Assembly (NCBI GenBank): GCA_963739455.1
Contig: CAVUAK010000001.1
Location: 928,001-992,000 of the forward strand
Length of the DNA: 64,000 nucleotides
From: an uncultured Gemmatimonadales bacterium
GTDB taxonomy: Bacteria > Gemmatimonadota > Gemmatimonadetes > Gemmatimonadales > GWC2-71-9
Direction: 5' to 3'
A program made the position numbers and the translations under genes. Below the pieces are notes generated by a model that did no database searches, was not told the DNA's origin, and saw nothing but the letters and a program-made list of their open reading frames with translations. Below, piece by piece: positions 1-9,801 of this stretch (its first letter is position 1; the number at the start of each line of letters is the position of its first letter).

Positions 1-38
1 CGCGTCGCGTCAGCACCTTCCCCTAACCGGAGTTTCCG

Positions 39-335
39 ATGGCTTACGGAATTGCGACACACTCAGCGAACTTCGGCGTCGGGCCCAAGGACCAGAGCGA
101 CCGGGTCTACTCCGGCCCGTCCGAAACCATCCTTCTCACCGTCACCACCGATTCCCGTCAGGCCGAGGGCGGCATCCAGGTGATGGTCAACGGCCTCGCG
201 GCCCCCGATGGCCTGCTGCTATCAGGCTCAACCGAAACCCGCACCCTCAAGCTGGTCGGCTGCCAGAACGTCGACATCCAGCTCCGCGGCGATGCCAAGG
301 TCTCTGGCACCTACACCATCAGCGTCCCGCTCTAG
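39..335 (+). CDS. Hypothetical protein, 98 aa, beta-rich
   Basis: ORF with GGAG upstream of ATG and typical high-GC codon usage; no family recognised. Confidence 0.65.
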   Translation: MAYGIATHSANFGVGPKDQSDRVYSGPSETILLTVTTDSRQAEGGIQVMVNGLAAPDGLLLSGSTETRTLKLVGCQNVDIQLRGDAKVSGTYTISVPL

Positions 336-393
336 CGCGCGGGTTCATGCTCTCGAGTCTTGAACCCCACCACGTTTCGCCTTCGGAGTTCGC

Positions 394-906
394 ATGAGAC
401 GCAGCCCCATCGCCACGGGGACCGTGACCCTTGTACTCCTGCTCGCTGGGTCGTGCCGCAGCCAGGATGGCAGCGGGCAACCCGATCGTCCGCCAGGCCC
501 AGCGGCGCCATTCGATCTCGGCGCAGCGCGCGCGATCATCGAGCAAAGGAATGCCCAGTTCACAGCGGCCCATGTTGCCGGTGACGTGGCCACTATCGAC
601 GCGATGTTCACACGGGACGCCAAGTCTTTCCCCCCTGCCGCAGAAGCAGCCATCGGGCCGGAAGCGCTCCACACATTGACGGTGGAATACCTGAAGTCCG
701 GGATCAAGACGTTCAGCGAGCACACCACGGACCTTTATGGAACAGGTGAACTCCTGGTCGATCAGGGGGAGTACACCGTTACCTACGGCCCAGAGAGCAC
801 CGTCGAGCGGGGCAAGTACCTGAATGTGTGGAAGCAAGAGGATGGGGAATGGAAGATTCATGCGAATATCTGGAACGCGAGCCCCACACTCGCAGTCCCG
901 CAGTGA
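394..906 (+). CDS. NTF2-like/DUF4440 (YybH-type) probable lipoprotein
   Basis: Signal peptide ending LAGSC; C-terminal GKYLNVWKQEDGEWKIHANIWN typical of DUF4440. Confidence 0.85.
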   Translation: MRRSPIATGTVTLVLLLAGSCRSQDGSGQPDRPPGPAAPFDLGAARAIIEQRNAQFTAAHVAGDVATIDAMFTRDAKSFPPAAEAAIGPEALHTLTVEYLKSGIKTFSEHTTDLYGTGELLVDQGEYTVTYGPESTVERGKYLNVWKQEDGEWKIHANIWNASPTLAVPQ

Positions 907-1358
907 AGAGCGCTGACCTGGATGATCTCGCTGCACGGTTTGTCGCGTGCCGACTTCCACACAATGAGTGGACCCACCAGGCGCATCTTGCCGTCGGGGC
1001 ATGGCACGTGGATCGGTATGGGAAAGATGAAGCACTGGCGCAGCTGCGGATCGGAATTCGGCGGCTCAACGACAGCCATGGGACGCCCAACTCCGCATCC
1101 CGTGGCTATCACGAAACGATTACGCGCGCGTATGTCGTGCTGGTGACAGAATTTCTTGACGCGTGCCCGAAGGAGACGTCGCTGCCGGAGCGAATTGCCC
1201 AACTGCACGCCAGTCCCGTCGCGGAGAAGGAGGCGCTGCTTGTCTTCTACTCTCGCGAGCGCTTGATGTCACCTGAGGCGCGAGCGGCATGGGTGGAACC
1301 TGATCTCCTGCCGCTCCGCCTCACCCGTCCCACTACGCCGTCTTCAAGGGCCCGATGA
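903..1358 (+). CDS. Conserved hypothetical protein (WTHxAHL...YHETIT motifs)
   Basis: GTG overlaps the upstream TGA (GTGA); protein-like sequence. Confidence 0.7.
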   Translation: MKSADLDDLAARFVACRLPHNEWTHQAHLAVGAWHVDRYGKDEALAQLRIGIRRLNDSHGTPNSASRGYHETITRAYVVLVTEFLDACPKETSLPERIAQLHASPVAEKEALLVFYSRERLMSPEARAAWVEPDLLPLRLTRPTTPSSRAR

Positions 1359-1914
1359 CCTTGTAAGCATTGAAGATGATACCCGACGGAAATGCCCTCG
1401 TGCTGACGAGCTCGAACAGGTGCGCCGGCGTTCTCTCCGCAAAGAAGCGCTTCCCCCTGCCCAGCAGCACCGGATACACCGCCAGCATGACTTCATCAGC
1501 CAGCCCATGCTCGAGCAGCGGCGTGGTCAGCGTCGAGCTGCCGGAGAGGACAAGGTCCGGGCCATCCTGCGACTTGATGCGCCGAATGCCCTCAGCTAAG
1601 TCCGGCCCGACGCCCTCGAACGGGCCCCACGCAAGACTCTCCGGATGATGAGTGGCGACATACTTCGTCGCCGCATTGAGGGCGTCCGCCATAGGACTGC
1701 TCGGCGCCTTTGGCCAGAAGCCGGACCAACCATCATAGGTGCGACGGCCAAGCAGCAGGTCGAAGGTGCCGCCGTACGCAGCGAGCATGGCATCCCGGCC
1801 GGTGGGGCTGCGATAGGGCGCCGTCCAATCGCTATAGGGAAAGTCGTCCCCATCGGCTGAGTGCTGGATCACGCCGTCGAGCGAGATGTGCTCGACGATC
1901 TTGAGCTTTCGCAT
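1333..1914 (-). CDS. Dihydrofolate reductase-family (RibD C-terminal) protein
   Basis: MRKLKIVEHISLDGV...LLLGRRTY...VYPVLLGRGKRFF; ATG coupled to upstream stop at 1914. Confidence 0.9.
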   Translation of the reverse strand: MRKLKIVEHISLDGVIQHSADGDDFPYSDWTAPYRSPTGRDAMLAAYGGTFDLLLGRRTYDGWSGFWPKAPSSPMADALNAATKYVATHHPESLAWGPFEGVGPDLAEGIRRIKSQDGPDLVLSGSSTLTTPLLEHGLADEVMLAVYPVLLGRGKRFFAERTPAHLFELVSTRAFPSGIIFNAYKVIGPLKTA

Positions 1915-2738
1915 CAGGCCTTGCTCAGCTCCGTCGGCATCGGGAAGTGCTCCTGGAACCACGCCTCCCACAGCGGTGTCTCACGGGCGACAGTCGCGGC
2001 CGCCTTGTCGCCGTAGATGTACAGGTTCATTGCTACCGTGGTCGGCCCACCGGGGAAGGTCTGGGCACCAATGGCGGCTATCCCTGGCACCGGGGCGTCG
2101 AGCCTCAACAAACCATCGTAAGGAATCTCGGTGACGGACTCCACCACGCCGCCGAGCGGTGAGACACCCGCGGGCGTCTTCCAGCGCTGACCGACGCTCA
2201 CGCCCTTCACTCCAAGTGCCGCGGTCAGCTTTTCCCAGGCCTCTGCTTCCGTGCTTGTGACGGGAGTCGCGACCTGCATGATTGCGGAGCGCTGCCCGCG
2301 GAAGTGCGTGAGATAGAGCCTCAGGATGTTCAGGAAACCTGCCCATCCGCCCGCGGCACCCTCCAGCTGGTTGTCCCACTCATCGGTGCTGGCGAAGAGG
2401 CTGTGCACGATGCGGACTTTGCAGATGCTTCCGCTCCGCGCTTCAATGGTCCACTCGGTCGCGATCGGTGGCGAGCCCGGGAACGGGCCTTCTCCCTCCT
2501 GGGTAAACCGCAGCGGCCGTTCGCAGGCCGTCACCCTGCTGCGTATGTCCATGCCCGGACCGAAGTGATACGTCACTGCAACTGGCTTCCCGTCGCGTTC
2601 CTCGATATCGGTTGGCACGAACCAGGACGAGATGCCTGGACCGGTGCCGAGGGCCTGCCATACGTCCTCCGGGGTGCCGGGGACCTCGAATTCGAACTGG
2701 ACGGAACGGCGTCCGTTGGCTTCTTGCTTCACGCTCAT
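1914..2738 (-). CDS. SRPBCC/AHSA1-domain protein
   Basis: EVPGTPEDVWQALGTGPGISSWF; C-terminal helix GWAGFLNILRLYL. Confidence 0.85.
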   Translation of the reverse strand: MSVKQEANGRRSVQFEFEVPGTPEDVWQALGTGPGISSWFVPTDIEERDGKPVAVTYHFGPGMDIRSRVTACERPLRFTQEGEGPFPGSPPIATEWTIEARSGSICKVRIVHSLFASTDEWDNQLEGAAGGWAGFLNILRLYLTHFRGQRSAIMQVATPVTSTEAEAWEKLTAALGVKGVSVGQRWKTPAGVSPLGGVVESVTEIPYDGLLRLDAPVPGIAAIGAQTFPGGPTTVAMNLYIYGDKAAATVARETPLWEAWFQEHFPMPTELSKA

Positions 2739-3340
2739 TGCAGTAGCTCCTTGGGCTCGGACTTCTGGGGTAGCGGGTGCGCTACGAGGATCAGCCGGTG
2801 CGAGCGGCTTCCGGGGGTAGTGTCATCGTGATACTTCGAAACGAGTGAGGTGATGGCTTCGGTGAGTTCGGCGCTGAACGCGGCGCGGTCCGCGGCCGAC
2901 CGGAAGCTGATCTCGGTATCGACCGACAGGGTCGCCAGGCGCTTGCCTGCCGCGTTCGCGCGACGAACGAGGTCGCCCACTTCCCGGATGACGCGGGCGC
3001 CAAGCGCGATGAGGTAGCTCGCGGACAGCCGGTCGCGTTCCCGGTTGGGATCGACTGCGACCAGGCCCATGGCGCTCGGCGAAACGACATAGGATGCGGC
3101 CGTGGCGACGAGCAGCCGTTCCGTCAGCCCGCCCCATTTGCGTTCCTCGGCCAGCTGCACGAGCCCGTGGGACTCCAGCGCACGCAGGTGGTAGTTGACC
3201 TTCTGCCGACCCACGCCGACTCGGGTGGCAAGCGTCGCCGCCGAGGCGGGGGCGGCCAGCTCGGAGAGGAGCCGGCTTCGTATCGGCTCGAGGGCCACTG
3301 TCGCGGCCGCCGGATCATCGATGACTTGGATGTCGATCAT
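2735..3340 (-). CDS. ArsR-like winged-HTH transcriptional regulator
   Basis: LEPIRSRLLSEL...RQKVNYHLRALESHGLV; first gene of an HTH-SRPBCC-DHFR operon. Confidence 0.85.
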   Translation of the reverse strand: MIDIQVIDDPAAATVALEPIRSRLLSELAAPASAATLATRVGVGRQKVNYHLRALESHGLVQLAEERKWGGLTERLLVATAASYVVSPSAMGLVAVDPNRERDRLSASYLIALGARVIREVGDLVRRANAAGKRLATLSVDTEISFRSAADRAAFSAELTEAITSLVSKYHDDTTPGSRSHRLILVAHPLPQKSEPKELLQ

Positions 3341-3346
3341 GGGGAG

Positions 3347-3376
3347 ATACTACGCTTGACAGCTTTTCTTGTCAAG
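3347..3376 (-). promoter_or_regulatory. Sigma70 promoter TTGACA-17-TAGTAT (leaderless) overlapped by palindrome CTTGACA-N8-TGTCAAG
   Basis: -35 at 3375-3370, -10 at 3352-3347, ATG 6 nt downstream; inverted repeat 3355-3376. Confidence 0.75.
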
Positions 3377-3423
3377 GGGTCGCCAGCAGACCAATCCTGC
3401 CGACTTCGCGCTATACTGGGCAG

Positions 3424-3825
3424 ATGAACCTTGTCTCGATCACGCCCTTCTTCATCGTGGCCGACCTGCAGGCCTCGGTCGCGCATTACGTCGAGCGGTT
3501 CGGCTTCGAGCTGGATTTTCAGGGGCCGCCCGGCGACGCGTACTACGGCCAGGTGCGTCGCGACGGCATCGCGATAATGCTCAAGACCATACTCCCTGAA
3601 ATTCTCCCCTGTCCGAACCACACGCGGCACGAGTGGGCGCGCTGGGACGCATACATCTACTGCCAGAACCCTGACAGCCTCTTCGAGGAGTTCAAGCAGC
3701 GCGGTGCCTCGTTCGTGAAGGAGCTGTCCTTCATCGATGATGGCCTGTGGGGCTTCGAGGTCTCGGATGCGGACGGATACGTGCTGGCCTTCTTCCAGCT
3801 CCGGAACGAGAAGACGCAGCAGTGA
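3424..3825 (+). CDS. VOC/glyoxalase (bleomycin-resistance-like) protein
   Basis: ITPFFIVADLQASVAHY...FEVSDADGYVLAF; TATACT 6 nt before ATG. Confidence 0.85.
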   Translation: MNLVSITPFFIVADLQASVAHYVERFGFELDFQGPPGDAYYGQVRRDGIAIMLKTILPEILPCPNHTRHEWARWDAYIYCQNPDSLFEEFKQRGASFVKELSFIDDGLWGFEVSDADGYVLAFFQLRNEKTQQ

Positions 3826-3998
3826 GCTTTGGTCTGTTACTAAAGCCTCACTCCGGGTACATCGCGCCGGCCATGAGCTGGTTTCGGCGCTGCGGGGGAG
3901 CTGGCGTGTTGGCGATGCTGGGTGGGCTCCTTGGCCCTCTGCTATCCATCCTCTGGGGTCTCTTCCTCGCAGCGGGGGTTGTTCGTACTTTTTCGTGA
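3822..3998 (+). CDS. Possible 58-aa small membrane protein
   Basis: GTGA overlap with upstream stop and TGATG overlap with downstream start; hydrophobic C-terminal half. Confidence 0.3.
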   Translation: MSFGLLLKPHSGYIAPAMSWFRRCGGAGVLAMLGGLLGPLLSILWGLFLAAGVVRTFS

Positions 3999-4420
3999 TG
4001 CAACCCCGTCTGAATGTGCGCGTTGGTTCCATGTCATTCTCCGCCGTTCTCGAATCCGAACGCGCTCCACGGACCGTCGCCGCGTTCCTGGCCCGTCTTC
4101 CCTTTGAGGGGCAACTCGTCCAGGCACGCTGGAGTGGTGAGGCCGGCTGGATTCCACTCGGCGACTACGATCTCGGCGTCACCCATGAGAATGCCACGAG
4201 CCACCCAGCCCCGGGGCAGGTCCTCTGGCACCCACCGGGGCTCAGCGAGGCGGAGCTGCTGCTGCCATACGGAAGCACCTTCTTCTCCAGCCGGGTGGGC
4301 CAGCTGGCAGGCAACCACTTCCTGACGATCGTTGATGACCGTGGTGATCTCGCCGAGGTCGGGCGCAAGCTCCTCTGGGAGGGTGCCCAGCCTGTTCGTT
4401 TCGCACATGAATTCGATTGA
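3998..4420 (+). CDS. DUF3830 family (cyclophilin-like fold) protein
   Basis: APRTVAAF...ARWSGEAGWIPLG...ENATSHPAPGQVL...GQLAGNHFLTI. Confidence 0.85.
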   Translation: MQPRLNVRVGSMSFSAVLESERAPRTVAAFLARLPFEGQLVQARWSGEAGWIPLGDYDLGVTHENATSHPAPGQVLWHPPGLSEAELLLPYGSTFFSSRVGQLAGNHFLTIVDDRGDLAEVGRKLLWEGAQPVRFAHEFD

Positions 4421-4730
4421 CTCGACGGGGTGCTAAGGGTGCAGGCGAACACCCCGCACTGGTCCAGGGTCCTGGGTCATGACACCCGCAATGTCAGCTT
4501 GATGCGACAGCGTGCCCACGAGTGAGTCACCCGTCGCCTCCAGCCGCCTTCCAGGCTCCAACGAATGAATGTTGGGCGGCCAGGGATGCAGCGGCGACGA
4601 GGGTAGACCAGGCCAAGCAGAATCGTTCGTGCCATCGCTAGCTTCCCATCGGTAGGGTGGACAAGTCCCTGCGGCTGCTGTCTCTTTGCAATGCCCAGGC
4701 CCGCAGAATGGTTGCAGAGCCGAGGTCTGC

Positions 4731-5204
4731 ATGTCATATGCGCCGTACGAAGTACGCGAAGTGAGTGTCGCCGCGCGACCTGTGGCCGGAGTGCGTGCGC
4801 AGGTGGCGCGGGGCCGCGTCGCGCAGGAGTTCGGGCGACACCTGGACCAGGTCTATGGGGCCGCGCGCGCAGGCGCCGTCAAGCTCGATGGGCAGAACAT
4901 CTTCATCTATCGGGCAGCAACCGCGGAAGAGTTGACGGTCGACTTCTGCGTCGGTACTACCGCGGCATTCAACCCGGCGGGTGCAGTGCTGCCGCTCGAA
5001 ACACCGGGCGGCATGGCCGCGATGACCACGCATCACGGCGAGTACCGGCGCCTCGGCGACGCGAATGCCGCGATCCTCGCCTGGTGCCAGGCAAATGATC
5101 GCCAGCGCGCCGGTCCGTCCTGGGAAGTGTACGGGCACTGGCACGCTGATCCTGCGGAGTTGCGCACCGAGGTCTACTACCTGCTGCGGCCGACAAGCCC
5201 ATGA
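4731..5204 (+). CDS. GyrI-like small-molecule-binding protein
   Basis: TTHHGEYRRLGDANAAILAW...GPSWEVY...LRTEVYY. Confidence 0.85.
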   Translation: MSYAPYEVREVSVAARPVAGVRAQVARGRVAQEFGRHLDQVYGAARAGAVKLDGQNIFIYRAATAEELTVDFCVGTTAAFNPAGAVLPLETPGGMAAMTTHHGEYRRLGDANAAILAWCQANDRQRAGPSWEVYGHWHADPAELRTEVYYLLRPTSP

Positions 5205-5905
5205 TGAAACTGATCATCAGGGGGCTCATCGGTGGACTGTTTCAGCTGGCCCTCTATGCCGTTGCCCTTCTCGTTCCGGCGGGCCTCGTTTCCGGAGGCA
5301 CCTGGTACTGGCCTCGCGCGCTCATCTTTCTTGGGCTGTACGGTATTGGCCTCGCAGCCCTCGTCGTGACCCTCACGGTGGTGGCACCGGCCAGTCTCGC
5401 GGCCCGGCTCACCGCACCCGCTTCCGTGAATCAGCCGCAGGCAGATCGCGTCGCCACCGCGTTCCTCGTTCTATCGACGCTGGCGTGGTTCGCCTTCGTG
5501 CCCATCGATGTCTTCTACCTGAAGCTGCTGCCCCCGCCGTCTTTCAGCGTCGCCCTCGGCGGGGCGGCCGTGGCCTTGGCCGGGTTTGCCGTCATCTCCG
5601 CCGCGATCTACCAGAATTCGTTTGCCATACCGATAGTCGAGGATCAATCGGATCGTGCCCAGGCCCTGGTTGACCGGGGACTCTACGCACGCGTGCGACA
5701 CCCGATGTACCTCGGCATACTGCTCTTTCATGCTGGCGTCGCCCTGTGGCTCGGGAGCTACGCGAGTCTGCTGACACTCACCGCTATCCTGCTGGCGTTG
5801 CTCGCCCGTATTGTCGTTGAAGAGACGACACTACAGGCGACGCTCCCGGACTACCGCGCGTATGTGGCGCGCGTGCCTTACCGTCTCGTTCCGCTTGTCT
5901 GGTAG
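5201..5905 (+). CDS. Isoprenylcysteine carboxylmethyltransferase (ICMT/PEMT) family membrane protein
   Basis: Multiple TM segments; GLYARVRHPMYLG and RIVVEE...Y...VPYRLVP motifs. Confidence 0.88.
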   Translation: MMKLIIRGLIGGLFQLALYAVALLVPAGLVSGGTWYWPRALIFLGLYGIGLAALVVTLTVVAPASLAARLTAPASVNQPQADRVATAFLVLSTLAWFAFVPIDVFYLKLLPPPSFSVALGGAAVALAGFAVISAAIYQNSFAIPIVEDQSDRAQALVDRGLYARVRHPMYLGILLFHAGVALWLGSYASLLTLTAILLALLARIVVEETTLQATLPDYRAYVARVPYRLVPLVW

Positions 5906-5908
5906 GAG

Positions 5909-7847
5909 ATGACGCATCCCTCCGCCGAGTTCCTCGACCTGCAGGCCGCCCTGGCCGGCGAGTACTCGCTCCAGCGCGAGCTCGGCCGTGGCGGCATGGG
6001 CGTCGTCTACCTCGCGCGCGACGTGCAGCTCGATCGCGACGTCGCCATCAAGGTGCTGCCGGCCCACCTCGCCCGCGACCGCCGGCGGCGCGCGAGCGGT
6101 TCGTGCGCGAGGCCCGCATGGCCGCCGGACTCTCGCACCCGCACATCGTCCCGATCCATCGCGTCGGCGAGGCGGACGGCTTCGTCTTCTTCGTCATGAG
6201 CTACGTGGATGGCGAGACGCTCGGCGAGCGACTCCGCACGCGCGGTCCCCTCCCGCCCGCCGACGCGACGCGCGTGCTGCGCGAGGTGGCGTGGGCACTC
6301 GCCTACGCGCACGGACGCGGCATCGTCCACCGCGACGTGAAGCCGGACAACATCCTGCTCGAGGCGGGCACGGGCCGCGCGCTGGTGACCGACTTCGGCA
6401 TCGCGCACGGCGGCCGGGATCCCGGCGTCGTGACCGATCCGGGCAAGATCATGGGCACCGCGCACTTCATGAGTCCCGAGCAGGCGGCGGGCGAAGCCGT
6501 CGATGGACGCAGCGACATCTATTCGCTCGGCGTCGTCGGCTATCTCGCCGTGAGCGGCCGCCTGCCGTTCGAGTCGACGAACCTGCCCGCGTTGCTGGTG
6601 AGCCAGGCGACCGAGCCGCCGCCGAGCGCGATGCTCGCCGCGCCCGGACTCCCTCCAGCACTCGGCGCGGCGATCGACCGCTGCCTCGCTCGCGATCCCG
6701 CTCGAGCGATTCGTCGATGGCGAGGCGCTGGCCGACGCACTCGCTCCGGCGCCTGATGCACGTCCGGCGCTGCCGCCCACGCTGCGCGCCTGGCTCGGCG
6801 CGCGGAATCCGCTGCTCGTTCCCTACCTGGCGTGGTCCGGGCTGTTCGGCGTCCTGACCACGGTCAACCTCGTCGTGTGGCTCGCCGGCAAGCGGCCGGA
6901 TGGACCGGCCGACATCGTGCTCCTCGCGGCGATCGCGTCGGCGCCCCTCCTGCCCATCGTCGGCTTCCACATCAACCAGGCGCGCCGGCAGTTCCGCGCC
7001 GGACACACACTCGCCGACCTGCGGGCGGCACTCGAGGTCGCCCGCCGCGAGCGCGCCGAGACCGAGGCGCTCGCGCGAGACGACAAGGAGCCGATCGCGC
7101 ACCGGGTCCTCCGAGTCGCCACGGTCAGCTCGGCCGACCTGGCTCGCGGTCAACGTCGGGCTGGTTCTCTCCGGGGTCATTCACGAGAATCAACTCGGCA
7201 GGCTTGCAGTCGTGTTCTTCCTCGCACCCATCTTCACGACCCTGGTGCTGGGAGCCGTGAGCAACGCGCTCGATGTGCAGTTCATTCCCACGGGGATTCG
7301 CAGATGGTGGCAGAACGGGATCCGGGATCGCCTCTGGAACAGCAAGCTGGGTGCGTGGCTCGCCCGCCGGCTCGGCGCGCCGGAACGCTCGATGCTCGCC
7401 GGTCCGTCTGCATTTCGCGCGACGGAGGCCGCGCTCGGCGTTGCGGCGTCGGAGCTGTTCGCGGCGCTGCCGAAGGAATACCGGGAGCAGCTCGCCGGGC
7501 TGCCGTCGATCGTCGCCGCGCTCGAGGCACAGGCTGCCGGTGCACGCGCGGAGATCGAGTTGGTCGCCGCCCTCGTCCCAGCTGGATCGGTGAACGCCGA
7601 GGTGCTGGCTGTGCGGAAGAACGCGGCCTCGGCGCACCTCGCCGAGAGCGTCGCGGCGCTCGAGGGAATCCGTCTCGACCTACTCCGGCTGCACGCCGGC
7701 GCTGCCGATCTGGCGCCGCTCACGACGCTGATCGATGCCGCGCGCCTTATTGGCGAGGATGTGAACCGTCTTGCAGATGCGCAGCGGGAGGTCGAGGGCG
7801 GGCTGAGTCGCGGGCTCGGAGCCGCGCGGACGCCGACTCCCGCGTAG
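5909..7847 (+). CDS. Hanks-type Ser/Thr protein kinase with C-terminal TM and helical region (frameshifts near 6080, 6705, 7138)
   Basis: [41 protein letters not shown] spread over successive frames. Confidence 0.88.
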
Positions 7848-7871
7848 CTCCGGCCCGGTGGCTCGCGTGCG

Positions 7872-8822
7872 CTATTGAATCCCTACGTCAAACGTTCCCT
7901 CCGTCACCACGAGCGGGGCGGTCGCCGGCTTACCCGGCTGCGGCTGGAGCGTCCCGCTGAAGGTGCCCTGCACCCGGTCTGCGGTGATGCTCGTGACCGT
8001 GATGGTGCCCGCATCACCGCCCGCATTCAGTCCCCAGCAGCAGTGCTGCGCATCGCCACCGTTCCTGCCCACGATGAGTACCCTGAGTGGTACGACATCC
8101 GAGATGGCGTAGGTGCCGGTCGCGGTGATTCCCTCGAGCTCCATTGAAAGGGCATTGTCCTGGGTGGAGGTGGAGAACCTGAATCCCGCGCCGCCGGTGC
8201 GATCCGTCAGCAGCCCGTTCACCGACCAGGCATTGTAGAGCTGACCGTTGAGCTTGGCGGTCACCTTGCTCCCCTGGTTCGCGGGCAGTGTCGACAGGGT
8301 GCCGGTCATTGCTAGGTCGAACTGGCCATTCGTCACCGTCCGGTCGCCGAGCACGACATTGTCGTCACTTGCCTCACCGGTGAATGAGAACGTTCCCTTC
8401 ACCCGACCGCCGCTCACCTGCGTCAGTGTCGCGGTACCGGCCACACCGGTGTTCGGAGTGGACCAGATGTCGGCGTCACCCCCGCCGGTTCCCTCCCCAG
8501 TCGAGGCGCGACCACCGTAGACGTCGGACCCGACGCCCAGCGCGTAGGTCCCCGGGCCGCGCACATTGTAGAACGTGAGGGTGATGCTGCGATTTACCCC
8601 GCCGGCGTTATCGCTGCCGACGATGATGATCGTTCCCGGCACGCCGGCATTTGCGGCAGCCGAGATCGAGATCGGCGTCGCTTCCCATGCGCTCCCGGCG
8701 ACGACTGCGGTGAAACCTGACCCGCCCCCACCGCCACCGCCACCGTCATCACCTCCATCACCACCGCACGCGGCTGCCACCGCCGTAAGCATCGCAATTC
8801 CAAACCGCCGTGTATGACGCAT
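7872..8822 (-). CDS. Lipoprotein with two tandem beta-rich (DUF6252-like) repeats
   Basis: Lipobox VAAAC, Gly linker; repeated GTYA...GTxTxT...RVxGTFS...VTxGxFD units. Confidence 0.75.
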   Translation of the reverse strand: MRHTRRFGIAMLTAVAAACGGDGGDDGGGGGGGGSGFTAVVAGSAWEATPISISAAANAGVPGTIIIVGSDNAGGVNRSITLTFYNVRGPGTYALGVGSDVYGGRASTGEGTGGGDADIWSTPNTGVAGTATLTQVSGGRVKGTFSFTGEASDDNVVLGDRTVTNGQFDLAMTGTLSTLPANQGSKVTAKLNGQLYNAWSVNGLLTDRTGGAGFRFSTSTQDNALSMELEGITATGTYAISDVVPLRVLIVGRNGGDAQHCCWGLNAGGDAGTITVTSITADRVQGTFSGTLQPQPGKPATAPLVVTEGTFDVGIQ

Positions 8823-8956
8823 AGCCAGCTCCCTGGGAGTGGACCGGCCACCCGGAAGGGATGGCTCCAGCTAGCATTGCGTAAAGCAGGGTGGGAAACC
8901 GTCACTTGACTGACGGACCGCGGCCCGCCAACGTCACGAACCTGGAGGAGACACTG

Positions 8957-9358
8957 ATGCCCAAGAGCGACGAGCAGGCGACCGGGAAGGAAGCCTCCCG
9001 GCTCATCGACCGGCGGATCAAGGAGCTGGAAGGGTGGCGTGGGGAGACGCTGGCCCGCATGCGGGCGCTGATCCTCGAGGCCGACCCCGAGGTGACCGAG
9101 GAGTGGAAGTGGGGCGGCCCGGTCTGGTCGCGCAACGGAATCATCTGCACCGGTGAGTCCTACACGAAGGTCGTGAAGCTCACCTTCGCGAAGGGCGCCA
9201 GCGTGCCCGATCCATCGGGCCTCTTCAACTCCAGCCTGGAAGGAAAGACGCGCAGGGCACTCGACGTCCCGGAAGGTGTGAAGGTTGACGCGCGTGCGTT
9301 CAAGGCGCTCGTGAAGGCTGCGGTGGCCCGGAATGGCACGCCGGAAAAGAAGCGGTAA
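8957..9358 (+). CDS. DUF1801 (YdhG-like) protein
   Basis: GGAGG RBS; EEWKWGGPVW...VKLTFAKGAS.PDPSGLFNSSLEG. Confidence 0.85.
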   Translation: MPKSDEQATGKEASRLIDRRIKELEGWRGETLARMRALILEADPEVTEEWKWGGPVWSRNGIICTGESYTKVVKLTFAKGASVPDPSGLFNSSLEGKTRRALDVPEGVKVDARAFKALVKAAVARNGTPEKKR

Positions 9359-9770
9359 GGCCGGCGCCGCCCTCGCGGGCGGTAACCCGCGCATCGCAAA
9401 GGCGGACGGCGACGCGCCGGTTCAGGCCTACATAGCCGCGATGCCGGGCTGGAGGCGCGATGTCGGCGAACGCCTGGATGCGCTGATCGTGCGGAATGTG
9501 CCCGGGGTGTGCAAGGCGGTGAAATGGAATTCACCATTGTACGGCATCGAGGGCCAGGGCTGGTTCCTGTCGTTCCACACCTTCACCAGCTACGTCAAGG
9601 TGGCCTTCTTCCGCGGTACGTCGCTGCAGCCAGTGCCGCCCGGTGCCAGCAAGAGCAAGGAGACGCGCTACGTGGACATTCACGAAGGCGAGCTCGACGA
9701 GGCACAGGTGGCGAGATGGGTGAGGCAGGCCGCTGCGCTGCCCGGCTGGATTTTCGGTCGGTCGTCCTGA
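9333..9770 (+). CDS. DUF1801 (YdhG-like) protein
   Basis: GDAPVQAYIAAMPGW...KAVKWNSPLYG...VKVAFFRGTSL. Confidence 0.85.
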   Translation: MARRKRSGKAGAALAGGNPRIAKADGDAPVQAYIAAMPGWRRDVGERLDALIVRNVPGVCKAVKWNSPLYGIEGQGWFLSFHTFTSYVKVAFFRGTSLQPVPPGASKSKETRYVDIHEGELDEAQVARWVRQAAALPGWIFGRSS

Positions 9771-9801
9771 GTAATAGCCAGCAGGAGTGTGACGAGTACT
9801 G

